A program made the translations under genes and the position numbers. A model generated the notes under the pieces. The model ran no database searches. It was not told the DNA's origin and worked only from the letters and a program-made list of their open reading frames with translations. Shown in pieces: positions 11,876 to 22,861 of a stretch of 64,000 bases of DNA. Each line of letters starts with the position of its first letter. Position 1 is the stretch's first letter. The stretch comes from Spirochaetia bacterium (GTDB lineage Bacteria > Spirochaetota > Spirochaetia > SZUA-6 > Bin103). The DNA is taken from assembly GCA_965199955.1 (NCBI GenBank), contig CBDATQ010000001.1, positions 1,792,001 to 1,856,000 of the forward strand, written 5' to 3'.

Positions 11876-13024
11876 TCAGTTGTAGGGATCCGCGGCGTCC
11901 CGCAGCCCGTCTCCGAGGAAGTTGAAGGCGGCCACGGTCAGGATGATTACCACTCCCGGCAGCATGATCCAGGTCGACAGCAGGATGGCGTTGAGGTTCT
12001 GAGCCTCGTTGATCAGCAGTCCCAGGCTGGTCAGCGGCGGCTGGATCCCCAGGCCCAGGAAGCTGATCGCGCTCTCGCCCAGGATCATCCCCGGCAGGGC
12101 GATGGTGCTGACCACGATCAGGTGGCTCATCACGTTGGGCACCACGTGCTTGCGCATGATGAAGCGGGCGTCGGCACCGCCGGCGACGGAGGCGCGGATG
12201 TAGTCGCGCTCGCGGATGCTCAGCACCATCCCGCGGATCTGGCGCGCCAAGCCGGTCCAGCCGATCAGCGCCAGCACCGACACGATGCCGAAGAACCGCC
12301 AGGTCGAGGGCCAGTCCGGCGGCAGGATGGCGGCAAGAGCCAGCCACAGCGGCAGGGTGGGGATGGAGCTGATCATCTCGATGAGGCGCTGGATGAGCAT
12401 GTCCGTGCGGCCGCCGTAATACCCGGAGATGGTGCCGATGATCACGCCGAGCAGGGTGCTCAGGGCGACGCCGAACACGCCCACGCTCAGCGTGATGCGC
12501 CCGCCGTAGATGATGCGGCTCAGCATGTCCCGGCCGCGGTAGTCGGTGCCCAGCAGGTTGATGTGGGCGCCTTCGCCCTCGACGCCGAACAGCTTGGTGC
12601 GCAGGCGCTGCGCGCCGATGCCGAACTGGGCGCGAGGCCGTTTCACGAAGAAGCGGATGGGGTGGCGGGCTGATTCATCCCGTTCATAGACGAGCTGGAA
12701 GTCCTGGTTGACGGCCTGCTTCGTGCCGTACACGAACGGGCGCTGCAGCCGGCCCTCGGGATCGAAGAACTGAATGGGCTGCGGCCGCATGTACACGCGC
12801 TCCGAGGACTCCGACGGAGGATACGGCGCGAAGAAGCCGGCGAAGATGTAGACCGTGTAGCTGAGCGTCAGGAATGCCAGGGCCACGAGGGCCAGCTTGT
12901 GCTGGCGGAACTTCCGCCACGCCAGGGTGCGTCCCGTCACCCGCTTGGCGCGTCGCGCCGGCGCCTGCTCCGCCGTCCGCGGCTCCGTCGTTGCCACCGG
13001 CGTTTCCCGTGCGGGGCTCCTCAC
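11876..13024 (-). CDS. Peptide-family ABC permease (OppC-like)
   Basis: 'LLGTDYRGRDMLSR', 'SFLGLGIQPP', 'NFLGDGLRDAADP'. Confidence 0.92.
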   Translation of the reverse strand: MRSPARETPVATTEPRTAEQAPARRAKRVTGRTLAWRKFRQHKLALVALAFLTLSYTVYIFAGFFAPYPPSESSERVYMRPQPIQFFDPEGRLQRPFVYGTKQAVNQDFQLVYERDESARHPIRFFVKRPRAQFGIGAQRLRTKLFGVEGEGAHINLLGTDYRGRDMLSRIIYGGRITLSVGVFGVALSTLLGVIIGTISGYYGGRTDMLIQRLIEMISSIPTLPLWLALAAILPPDWPSTWRFFGIVSVLALIGWTGLARQIRGMVLSIRERDYIRASVAGGADARFIMRKHVVPNVMSHLIVVSTIALPGMILGESAISFLGLGIQPPLTSLGLLINEAQNLNAILLSTWIMLPGVVIILTVAAFNFLGDGLRDAADPYN

Positions 13025-13038
13025 CTACTCGAATCCGC

Positions 13039-14043
13039 CTATTCGAATCTGACCGTGGGGTCGAGCCACGCCAGCACGATGTCGGCCAGCAATGTGCCAA
13101 CTTGCAGCAGGATCGTGGCCATCAGCAGGAAGGTGCCGGCGACATAGCTGTCCTGATGGGTCAGGCCCTGGTAGAACATCAGGCCGACGGTGGGCAGCAC
13201 CAGCACGATGCTGATGATGGTGTCGCCCGAGATCAGTTCCGACAGGGTGTTGCTCATTCCCATCACCCAGGGGTGGAGGGCATTTCTGAGGGCATGGCGG
13301 TACACCACCAGCCGCTCCGGCAGTCCCTTGGCGCGCGCCGTCTGCACGTAGGGCTGGTTGAGCTTGTCCAGCAGGTTGCCGCGGATGATGCGCATGCCGG
13401 CGCCGGCACCGGTGACCAGCCCGACGGCCAGCGGAATGCTGAGGTGCTTGAGCAGATCGATCAGCTTGCCGAAGCTCCATTCGGCGGCCACATAATTGGA
13501 CGAGAACAGGCCGCCTACCTCCTGGCCGAAGACGAACACCATGACCGTCATGAAGATCAGAGCCAGGAAGAATCCGGGCGTCGCCATGCCCAGAAAAGCC
13601 ACGACATTGGCGACGTAGTCGAACAGCGAGTACTGGTGGCGGGCGGAGTAGATCCCCAGCGTGAAGCTGGCGGTCAGGCCCACCATCAGCCCCAGCACGC
13701 TCATCAGGATCGTCCAGCCCATGCGCTCCAGGATCAGCGTGTGCACCGGCCGCGCCACCTGGAACGAGTAGCCGAAGTCGCCGCGGGTGACGATGTTGAA
13801 CATCCAGGCGGCGTAGCGCGCCAGGACCGGACGGTCCAGTCCGTACTGGACCCGCAGTTCTCCCAGAGCCCTGAGCTGGGCCTCCTTCTCCGCCTCCGAC
13901 ATGTTCAGGTTGGCGCGTATGCTCGACTCGTAGACGCTGACGAAGTCGCCCGGCGCCAGGTCGATCACCAGGAAGCAGACGAACGACAGCACCAGGGTCA
14001 CCGGCAGCATGTAGATCAGACGCCGGACGATGTAGCGCGCCAT
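13039..14043 (-). CDS. Peptide-family ABC permease (OppB-like)
   Basis: 'YIVRRL', 'GDFGYS', 'YVQTARAKGL', 'LDPTVR'. Confidence 0.92.
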   Translation of the reverse strand: MARYIVRRLIYMLPVTLVLSFVCFLVIDLAPGDFVSVYESSIRANLNMSEAEKEAQLRALGELRVQYGLDRPVLARYAAWMFNIVTRGDFGYSFQVARPVHTLILERMGWTILMSVLGLMVGLTASFTLGIYSARHQYSLFDYVANVVAFLGMATPGFFLALIFMTVMVFVFGQEVGGLFSSNYVAAEWSFGKLIDLLKHLSIPLAVGLVTGAGAGMRIIRGNLLDKLNQPYVQTARAKGLPERLVVYRHALRNALHPWVMGMSNTLSELISGDTIISIVLVLPTVGLMFYQGLTHQDSYVAGTFLLMATILLQVGTLLADIVLAWLDPTVRFE

Positions 14044-14056
14044 GTTGTGCTTAGAA

Positions 14057-14083
14057 GCGGTGGGGGCGAGGTGCCCCCACCGC
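14057..14083 (-). terminator. Perfect 11-bp stem hairpin between binding-protein gene and permease (terminator or mRNA-stabilising stem-loop)
   Basis: GCGGTGGGGGC-GAGGT-GCCCCCACCGC. Confidence 0.6.
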
Positions 14084-14105
14084 CGATAGACGACTTAGCA
14101 GAGGG

Positions 14106-16090
14106 TTACTTGATCTCGAACCACTGCCACATGCGCATCGCGATGTACTGATCCCAGCTCTGCCGCATGATGCCGCCGGCCTTGAGCTCCGGCACGTAGA
14201 AGTACGGAACGTTGCCGAGCGTGTTGTCCACGACCACGGTCTCGGTCACGCCGCCGCGGGCGAACGCCTGCCGCGGCGCGTTGGCCGCGCCCCAGGCGAC
14301 GAACTGGTCCATCGCCGTCTCCAGATCCAGGTCGCCTGCGAAGTAGGCGTCGCGGATCTTCATGCCCTCGACCTGCCAGTCGAACAGCTCCGTCGACTTG
14401 GTGCGCGGCAGCATCGGGTTGGGGTCGCCGTCGTTCTCGGGATACAGGCCGCCGCCGTTGCGCAGCGTGGACTCGAAGCCGGCCTGGTTGCTCCAGCCGC
14501 CCCACAGGAACGAGCTGTTGCCGCGCATCTCGTACTCGCCGGTCACGACCAGGGTCTCGTTCATCACCACTTCGTTCATCGGGTTGACCGCAACCTTGAA
14601 GCCCATCTGGTTGAACTGCTCACCGGCGCCCTCGATCCAGCGTACGCGCATCCAGTCATGGGACGGCGCGACGATCAGCCACTCGATGTTCTTGCCCGCC
14701 TGGGGCGACCCGGCCGGGTACTCGCGATAGCCGTCGCCGTCCGAGTCCATCAGGCCCAGCTCGTCGAACACCGCTGCCGCAGCGTCACGGTCGAAGGTCT
14801 CCACGTGGCTGTCCGCGTACTGCGGATACGCCGCGAGCATGGCCGGCGAATGCAGCGGCTTGTAGGCCGGACAGACGATGCAGGTGTGCATGCCCATCGC
14901 GTCGGTGTCCAGGCCCGTGCTCAGCGCCATGACGAAGTCGGGATTCTGAAACAGCTCCCGCAGGCCGTCCTCGGGGGTGTCCAGGTTGAGGCGCAGGCCC
15001 TGGTAGATGCCCACCTTGCTCAGGGGCAGCAGGCTGTAGTTGCCGCGCTCCTCGTTCTGGCGGATGACGCCCGCCTCCTGGGTGCTGGCCTTGGTGAAGT
15101 CGTCCCACAGCTCGTCGGACGCCAGGCCCAGCGCGATGTCGGAACCGTTGGTCTGGTACTTCATCACCACGGTGTCGAAGTACGGAAGCTGCTGCCCCTC
15201 GGCGTCCACCTTCCAGTAGTAGGGGTTGCGCTCGAAGATCAGCTTGTCGCCGACCACGTCGACGGGCTGGAACGCGCTGAGGACCGGCGGCCGGTCACGC
15301 GGAAAGCGCGCCGAGTTCCAGTCCTCCATGGTGGCTTCCGAGTTGTACGCGGGATGCAGCTTCTCCATCTGGTGCTTGGGCAGCCAGGGGATGGAGACCG
15401 ACGGCCAGATGGCCGGCGAGAAGAACATCGGGACGATCTCCGGGAACGAGTTCTTCATCGTCACCTTGAAGGTGTACTTGTCGATCTTCTCGAACTCGGG
15501 AACGCCGCCGGCGCCGGCCAGAATGCCGCCCTCGGCGAAGTACAGGCCCTCGATGTTCGGGATCTGGGTGCTGGCGATCACGCCGCCGCGCACCACGTCG
15601 TCCCAGGTGAACATGATGTCGTCGACCGTGAACTCCACGCCGTCCGACCACTTCACGCCGGGGCGCAGGTGGAAGATGACTTCCTTGCCGTCCTCGGAGA
15701 TCTCCCAGCTCTCGGCCAGGTTGGGCTCGATGCTGATGTCCGGATGGATGCCGGAGGGATGGCCGATGGTCTCATCGACCTTCCACTGCACGAGCTGCTC
15801 CTGCCAGTGCAGGACGCTGCGGGCGTGCTGACCGGTGACCCAGTAGTTGACCGGCAGGTCAAGGTCGGACTCGTGCGGCAGGGTCATCACCGTGGTGGTG
15901 TAGGTGCCGATCTCAGGGGCGTCGACGTTGACGTACGGATTGGGCGGGAGGCGCTCCTCTACGGGAGGCAGCTCACCGGCCGCGACCTTCGCCGCGAGTA
16001 CCGGCGATTCCGAGTACTGCTGGCTGACGCGGCCCATGGCAGCGCAAGCGCCACCGCCGCGAGCACAGCGTACGTAACGATTCGCTTCAT
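14106..16090 (-). CDS. ABC family-5 substrate-binding protein (sugar-binding Opp-type subgroup), frameshifted just after the signal peptide
   Basis: 'GELPPVEERLP', 'LRPGVKWSDG', 'RNPYYWKVD..G.QLPY.D'; signal peptide MKRIVTYAVL...AASA with AAGGAG RBS at 16090 is one base out of frame. Confidence 0.8.
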
Positions 16091-16383
16091 TTCGTGCTCC
16101 TTGGGAGGGGTTGATCGGCCACTGACGGCGGCCGGCGGCAGGGTAGCAACCGAGCGGCCGTACGCGCAACAGGAAGCCCCAGGCGGCGTGCTTTCCCCGA
16201 TGCGACTACAGCGCGCGGCCCAGGTCACGGCGCCGGCCAGCAGGACGTCGACCATCACCGTCCAGCGGAGCGGGACAGACGTGAGGGTAGGTCGTGTCAC
16301 GTCAGGTCAATGAAGCAAGGCCGCCGGACCGGCATAGCCGGCCGACGGCCCCATGACGCCCAACGCGTCTGTTGCTACGGGAT

Positions 16384-17892
16384 TTACTTCGTCCGCGCGT
16401 AGGCGGCGTTGTAGATGTCCTCGAGCTGCTTGACTCCGATGCGCTCCAACTGCGCCGTGAAGTCGCCCCACTCGCTCATCGCGCGGCTGCCGCGGATGAA
16501 GGTGGCGGCCCCTTCCAGGGCGGCGGCGTCGGCGTCGGCCTTGATCTGCTTGATCTGGTCGAGCTCGTCCGCGGTGAAGGTGAGCACCGGCTCCGGCGGC
16601 CGCACCGAGTCGTTGCTGAGGTAGAAGTCGGCCACCTCGTCGGTGAAGACCTTCTCCGGCACGCTGCCGGCCTTGCTCGGGTTCAGCTCCCACAGGGAGT
16701 GCACGACGTTGTAGCGGAAGAAGTGGAAGCCCTGCGCCCACATCCACTCCGTGCGACCGCCCTCCGGGAAGTGCGCGTAGTAGCCGTAGCCCAGGTCGTC
16801 CAGCTCGCTGGTCACGCCGACCTCGCCGAAGTAGATGTAGTAGACGCCCTCGTCGCTGTAGAGCCAGTCGATCAGCGCGGCCGCGTTCTCGGCGACCTCG
16901 GTCTTGGCGCCCAGCGCCCACCTGGCCGCGTCCAGCACGCGCGGGTTCTGGATCGTCGACCAGTAGCGCGTGCCGTTGAACTCCGGCGCCAGGATCGGGA
17001 TCCACCACGTGTCGGGATCTGCGCGGTCGGTGCCCTGCCATGAGATCTGGCTGTATGGGCCAGTCGTGAAGTAGGCCTTGCCCTGCGACATGATCTCGCG
17101 CCACGGGTCCTCGGTCATGGACATGAAGTCGGGATGCATGACCCCGGCGGCCCAGGCCTGCCTGAGGATCTCGATCATGCCGCGGTAGTTGTCCTCGAGC
17201 TCGCCGTAGGTCCAGCGGTCGGTCTCCGGATTGAGGTACACGGAGTGGTTGGTGCCGAACATCACGTGGTAGCCGTCGCGGATCCCGCGGCGGGTGACCC
17301 ACGGATGGTTTTCCGGCCACCGGGCCTTGAACTGGCCCAGCACGTCCAACAGGTCCTGCATGGTCTGGATGTCGGCCTGCGGATCGACGCCCAGCTCGTG
17401 CACGGCCGGCGAGATCGACGGCGCGCGGCGGAGCTGCGTGTAGTTGTACACCGACGTGGTCGCGTACTGGTGCCCGTCGGGGGCGGTCATGGCAGAGTCG
17501 TACTCCGGGTACTTCTCCCGCCACGTGCTCAGGTTGGGCATCATGTCGAACAGCGTGTCGATCGCGTACAGCGCGCCCTTGGTGCCGAAGTCCATGGCCT
17601 CCAGGCGATTGAAGCTGTTCCACATCAGGTCGGGCAGGTCGCCGCTCGCGACCAGGGTCTTGGCCTTCTGCGCGTCGCCGGTGACCAGCTCGATCTCGGC
17701 GCCGGCGACCTCCGCGAACTTCGCAACGACGAGGGTCTCCGGAGACCAGTCGGGATTGCGGTCCCAGTAGTTCGCGTAGATCTGCATCGTCGGCGGACCC
17801 GTCGCCATGCCCTCCTCTTCGCCGGATCCGAACACCGGCGTCACGGACAGGGCCAGAATCGCCGCGGCGGCGATCAGCAAGGTTGTCTTCAT
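16384..17892 (-). CDS. Carbohydrate ABC substrate-binding protein (LplA-like)
   Basis: Signal peptide MKTTLLIAAAAILALSV...VFGSGEEE, 'ASGDLPD', C-terminal 'IYNAAYAR'. Confidence 0.85.
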   Translation of the reverse strand: MKTTLLIAAAAILALSVTPVFGSGEEEGMATGPPTMQIYANYWDRNPDWSPETLVVAKFAEVAGAEIELVTGDAQKAKTLVASGDLPDLMWNSFNRLEAMDFGTKGALYAIDTLFDMMPNLSTWREKYPEYDSAMTAPDGHQYATTSVYNYTQLRRAPSISPAVHELGVDPQADIQTMQDLLDVLGQFKARWPENHPWVTRRGIRDGYHVMFGTNHSVYLNPETDRWTYGELEDNYRGMIEILRQAWAAGVMHPDFMSMTEDPWREIMSQGKAYFTTGPYSQISWQGTDRADPDTWWIPILAPEFNGTRYWSTIQNPRVLDAARWALGAKTEVAENAAALIDWLYSDEGVYYIYFGEVGVTSELDDLGYGYYAHFPEGGRTEWMWAQGFHFFRYNVVHSLWELNPSKAGSVPEKVFTDEVADFYLSNDSVRPPEPVLTFTADELDQIKQIKADADAAALEGAATFIRGSRAMSEWGDFTAQLERIGVKQLEDIYNAAYARTK

Positions 17893-17966
17893 CACGTGCC
17901 TCCTTCTGCGCTCCCGCGCAGGTCTGGTACGCCGAGCCTCGGCGTATTCGATTACGGTGTCAACGG

Positions 17967-18884
17967 TCAGTCCTTGACCGACCCGACCAGGATCCCCTTC
18001 ACGAAGTACTTCTGCACGAACGGGTAGGCGACGATGACCGGCCATACCGTGACCACGACCGCCGCGAACTTGAACGACTTGAAGAAGCCGACGGCGACGA
18101 ACCCCGGCACGCCCTGGTCGTCCCAGAGCTGGGCCATGCCGCCCCCGCTGTACTTGCCGATCTCTCCTTCCAGGACGATGCGCCGGAGGATGAGGGTCAG
18201 CGGGTGCTTGTCGCGGTCGTTGAGGTAGATCAGAGGAAGGAAGAAGTTGTTCCAGCTCCCCACGACCGCGAACAGGCCGATGGTGGCCAGGATCGGCTTG
18301 ATCAGGGGCAGCACGAGCGACACGTAGATCTGCAGGTGGTTGGCGCCGTCGATCAGCGCCGCCTCCTGCAGCTCGCGCGTGACGACGGTGCGGACGTTGG
18401 CGCGCATCACCAGGATGTACCAGGCGCTGAAGCTGGGCAGCAGGATGACGATCAGCCGGGTGTCCACCAGTCCGAGCTGGTTGACCAGCAGGTACGTGGG
18501 GATGAAGTACCCGGGCAGGAATATGGTCAGCACGACGAACACGATCAGCGCCTTGCGGAACGGCAGCGTGCGCTGCTCCAGCACGTAGGCTGCCAGGCTG
18601 GTGACCAGCAGGGTGACGGTGGCCGTGCCGAGCGCGTAGATGATGCTGTTCATATAGCTGGTCAGGATGTTGGTGGCGCCGAGCAGGACGTCGTATGCCG
18701 TGGCCTGCAGCGGCCCGACCGGAAGCAGCTTGACCTGGTTGAAGGTGATCGCCTCGAAGTCGCTCACCGACACCGAGATGACGAACACGAACGGGTACAC
18801 CATGGAGATCATCAGCAGGATGATCGCCGCGTGGTTCGCCACGTCGAACGCCATCGAGCCCGGCGTCGCCTTGTACTTGATCAT
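17967..18884 (-). CDS. Carbohydrate ABC permease (LplC-like)
   Basis: 'ELQEAALIDGA', 'YPFVQKYFVKGILVGSVK'. Confidence 0.9.
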   Translation of the reverse strand: MIKYKATPGSMAFDVANHAAIILLMISMVYPFVFVISVSVSDFEAITFNQVKLLPVGPLQATAYDVLLGATNILTSYMNSIIYALGTATVTLLVTSLAAYVLEQRTLPFRKALIVFVVLTIFLPGYFIPTYLLVNQLGLVDTRLIVILLPSFSAWYILVMRANVRTVVTRELQEAALIDGANHLQIYVSLVLPLIKPILATIGLFAVVGSWNNFFLPLIYLNDRDKHPLTLILRRIVLEGEIGKYSGGGMAQLWDDQGVPGFVAVGFFKSFKFAAVVVTVWPVIVAYPFVQKYFVKGILVGSVKD

Positions 18885-18914
18885 CGGGGGTACCTGATCA
18901 CCGGCCTGCCGCCC

Positions 18915-19898
18915 TCACCAGAGTCCATGCTCGTTGACCAGCCGGCTCAGGTAGTTGGCGCCCGCAACCAGCAGCAGTCCGACGATGGCGTTGAACAGCT
19001 CCACGGCACCCGCAAACGCGAAGTCCAGGCCGATGATGCCGCGCCGGTAGACGTAGATCGCGAACACGTCGGAGGTGCTCATGTTCGCCGGGTTCTGCAT
19101 CAGGAACGCCTTGTCGAAGCCGACCTCGATGATGTTCTGCATGCCCAGGATCAACAGGATGGTGATCGTCGGGGCGATGCCCGGCAGCGTCACGTGCCAG
19201 GCGCGGCGCACGCGGTTGGCGCCGTCCAGGTAGGCGGACTCGTACAGCTCCGGGTTGACGCCGCCGAGGGCGGCCAGGTACAGGATCGACCCCCAGCCGA
19301 TCCCCTGCCAGATGCCGGAGCCGATGTACAACGGCCGGAACCAGCGCGGATCGCCCTGGAAGTCGATGGGGTCCAGGTTGAAGAGGCCGAGGAAGTTGTT
19401 GATGTACCCGTCGTGGGAGAACCAGGAGTACATCAGGCCGACCACCACCACCACGGAGATGAAATGGGGGAGGTAGGTGACGGTCTGCGCGAACCGCTTG
19501 AACGGCTGGCTCCTGATCTCGTTCAGCGACAGCGCCAGCAGGATCGGCATGGGGAAGCCGATCACCATCCCCAGGAAGCCGAGCAGGAAGGTATTCCTGA
19601 GCAGGCGCGGGAAGAACGCGCCCGATAGGAAGGAGATGAACCACTTCAGTCCGACCCAGTCCGATCCAAAGAAGCCGTCGACGATGCTGTAGCGCGTGAA
19701 CGGGATGGTCACCGCGCCGATGGCCGGGATGTACTTGAACAGCAGGAAGCCCAGGATCGCCGGCGCGATCATGGCGTAGAGCATCCAGTGGCGGCGCACG
19801 CGCGCCCACAGGTCCCCTTTCGGGCGGGCGACGGCGCGCGCCGGGGCGGTCGCGGGAGCGGCCGGCGCCGAGCTCGCCACTTGACCCTGGTCGCTCAT
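18915..19898 (-). CDS. Carbohydrate ABC permease (LplB-like)
   Basis: 'YLPHFIS', 'GWGSILYLAAL', 'ELYESAYLDGA'. Confidence 0.9.
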   Translation of the reverse strand: MSDQGQVASSAPAAPATAPARAVARPKGDLWARVRRHWMLYAMIAPAILGFLLFKYIPAIGAVTIPFTRYSIVDGFFGSDWVGLKWFISFLSGAFFPRLLRNTFLLGFLGMVIGFPMPILLALSLNEIRSQPFKRFAQTVTYLPHFISVVVVVGLMYSWFSHDGYINNFLGLFNLDPIDFQGDPRWFRPLYIGSGIWQGIGWGSILYLAALGGVNPELYESAYLDGANRVRRAWHVTLPGIAPTITILLILGMQNIIEVGFDKAFLMQNPANMSTSDVFAIYVYRRGIIGLDFAFAGAVELFNAIVGLLLVAGANYLSRLVNEHGLW

Positions 19899-20202
19899 GG
19901 ATTCCCTGCTGTTCGGATGTGCTACTACGCGCGCGCCCGCCGGTCAACCGGCCGCGCCGCGCCGGCGGTATCCCGAACAGCCGGTTGGTCCCGGGCGCGA
20001 AAGCGGTGCGGAGAAGTGGAGCTAGAGCGTGACACACAGGTGTGTAGATGTAGGATCTGGGCATGAGCGGCACGGCCCCCGTGGAGACGCTGGAGCGGCT
20101 GGTCCGGCGCCCGGTTCACCTCGTCCAGCGCCAGCCACATATCCCTCCAAGGCGTCTGACGGATTGGCGCGCCAGCGTCTCTTTCCCTGTACAGTCACGC
20201 AG

Positions 20203-21207
20203 ATGAGCCCGCATCCCGCGTCGACGTCCGCGATTGTCTTTCCGGCCGCGGACAAGGTGGAATTGCGTGAGGTTCCGCTGCCGCCGCTTGACCCAGGCGA
20301 CGTGCTGGTCGAGGTCGAGCACACGACGATCAGCGCCGGCACCGAGCTGCACTGTCTGCACGGGACGATCCGCCTGGGCGCAGGCACCGTCCGCTTTCCG
20401 TTCACGCCCGGCTACCAGGCGGCCGGCCGCGTGCGCGCCGTGGGCGATGCCGTGACCGAACTCGCGGTGGGGGACCGGGTGTTCAGTGCCCGCAGCAAGC
20501 AGCCGCCGGGATGGCAGGGCGGCTGGTGGGCCGGTCACTGCGCCTGGCACGCCGCGGCGGCGGCCGACGTGATTTCCCTGCCGGCCGCTGTCGACACGCG
20601 CAGCGCCTCGGCCCTGCTGCTGGCGCAGGTGGGCTACAACGGCGGCACGCGGCCGCCGGTGGCCGCCGGCGACGCCGCGCTGGTCATCGGCGACGGGCTG
20701 GTGGGACAGTGGGCGGCGCAGGTGCTGCGCCACCGCGGAGCGCGGGTGATGCTGGCCGGCCACCGCCGCCGGCGGCTGGAGATCGCGGCCGAGCACAGCG
20801 CCGACGAGGTGGTCGATACCCATGCCGAGGACCTCGGCGAGCGGGTCCGGAGCCGCGTCCCGGCAGGCCTCCGCATCGCGGCGGAGACCACGGGGAAGAC
20901 CGATCTCATCCGCGACGCTGCAGCCCTGCTGGTACACGACGGTCATCTTGTCGTCCTGGGTTACTATTCGCCGGGCGCCTGCGAGGTTGACATCCACTGG
21001 CTGCGGGCGGGAGAGACCACGACCCACTTCCCGAACGGCCAGCGGCGTGACCGGATGGAGCGGACGCTCGCCCTGATCGAGCAGGGAGTGGTGAAGGTGG
21101 ACGAACTGGTCACCCATCGCTTCGCGCCGGAGGATGCCGCGGCCGCCTACCGGATGCTGCAGCACGACGGGAACGTGCTGGGAGTGGCGATCGATTGGAG
21201 CCGATAA
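20203..21207 (+). CDS. MDR-superfamily alcohol dehydrogenase-like protein (ISAGTE subtype)
   Basis: 'ISAGTE', 'PGYQAAG', Rossmann 'GDGLVG'. Confidence 0.85.
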   Translation: MSPHPASTSAIVFPAADKVELREVPLPPLDPGDVLVEVEHTTISAGTELHCLHGTIRLGAGTVRFPFTPGYQAAGRVRAVGDAVTELAVGDRVFSARSKQPPGWQGGWWAGHCAWHAAAAADVISLPAAVDTRSASALLLAQVGYNGGTRPPVAAGDAALVIGDGLVGQWAAQVLRHRGARVMLAGHRRRRLEIAAEHSADEVVDTHAEDLGERVRSRVPAGLRIAAETTGKTDLIRDAAALLVHDGHLVVLGYYSPGACEVDIHWLRAGETTTHFPNGQRRDRMERTLALIEQGVVKVDELVTHRFAPEDAAAAYRMLQHDGNVLGVAIDWSR

Positions 21208-21220
21208 AGAGATACGACGG

Positions 21221-21955
21221 ATGCAGGTGGAACCGACGAGCGCTGACAAGGCCGAGATCGAGCGGCTGAACGCCGTCGCCGACGGCGGCGCGGAGGCGTT
21301 GCTGCGCGCCTTGGTCGAGCGCCATGGCCGCGCCGTGAAGCTGGCCTCCTCGCTGGGCGCGGAGGACCAAGTGCTGAGCCACATGCTGCTCGGCATCGAC
21401 CCGCACGCATCCATCTTCGTGCTGGACACCGGACGCCTGCACCAGGAGACCTACGACCTGATGGCGCGCATGATGAGCCGCTACCGCATGCACTACGAGG
21501 TGCTGTTCCCGGCGTCCGGCGCCGTGCAGGAGATGGTGCGCGACGCCGGCCCCAACCTCTTCTACGAGAGCGTGGAGCAGCGCCACCGCTGCTGCGGCGT
21601 CCGCAAGGTGGAGCCGCTGCGCCGCGCGCTCGCAGGCGCCGCGGCATGGGTCACCGGGCTGCGCCGCGCGCAGAGCCCGGACCGCGCTGGCACGCCGTTC
21701 GTGGAGTGGGACTCCGCGCACGGCGCGATCAAGGCCAGTCCGCTGGCCGAATGGGCTGACGAACAGGTGTGGGACTACCTGCGCGCCCACGACGTGCCCT
21801 CCAATGTCCTGCACGACCGCGGCTTCCTGAGCATCGGCTGCGCTCCCTGCACGCGCGCCGTCGAGCCGGGCGAGGACCCCCGCGCCGGGCGCTGGTGGTG
21901 GGAGCAGGACGCGGTCAAGGAGTGCGGGCTGCACGTTGCCCCAGATGCCGTATGA
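21221..21955 (+). CDS. cysH: Adenylyl-sulfate (APS)/PAPS reductase, Fe-S type
   Basis: 'LDTGRLHQETY', 'CCGVRKVEPL', 'SIGCAPCT', 'RAGRWWWE', 'KECGLH'. Confidence 0.92.
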   Translation: MQVEPTSADKAEIERLNAVADGGAEALLRALVERHGRAVKLASSLGAEDQVLSHMLLGIDPHASIFVLDTGRLHQETYDLMARMMSRYRMHYEVLFPASGAVQEMVRDAGPNLFYESVEQRHRCCGVRKVEPLRRALAGAAAWVTGLRRAQSPDRAGTPFVEWDSAHGAIKASPLAEWADEQVWDYLRAHDVPSNVLHDRGFLSIGCAPCTRAVEPGEDPRAGRWWWEQDAVKECGLHVAPDAV

Positions 21956-21979
21956 GGGCCGCCTCGTGACGCCGCCCCG

Positions 21980-22860
<881 letters not shown>

Positions 22861-22861
<1 letters not shown>

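Noticed and set aside
16170..16300. Possible FAD-oxidoreductase N-terminal remnant ('VDVLLAGA')
   Set aside because: Too short and lacks the GxGxxG motif
20021..20200. 'CTAGAGCGTGACACACAGG' resembling an IS terminal repeat
   Set aside because: Only a 7-bp inverted match downstream and no transposase; insufficient evidence
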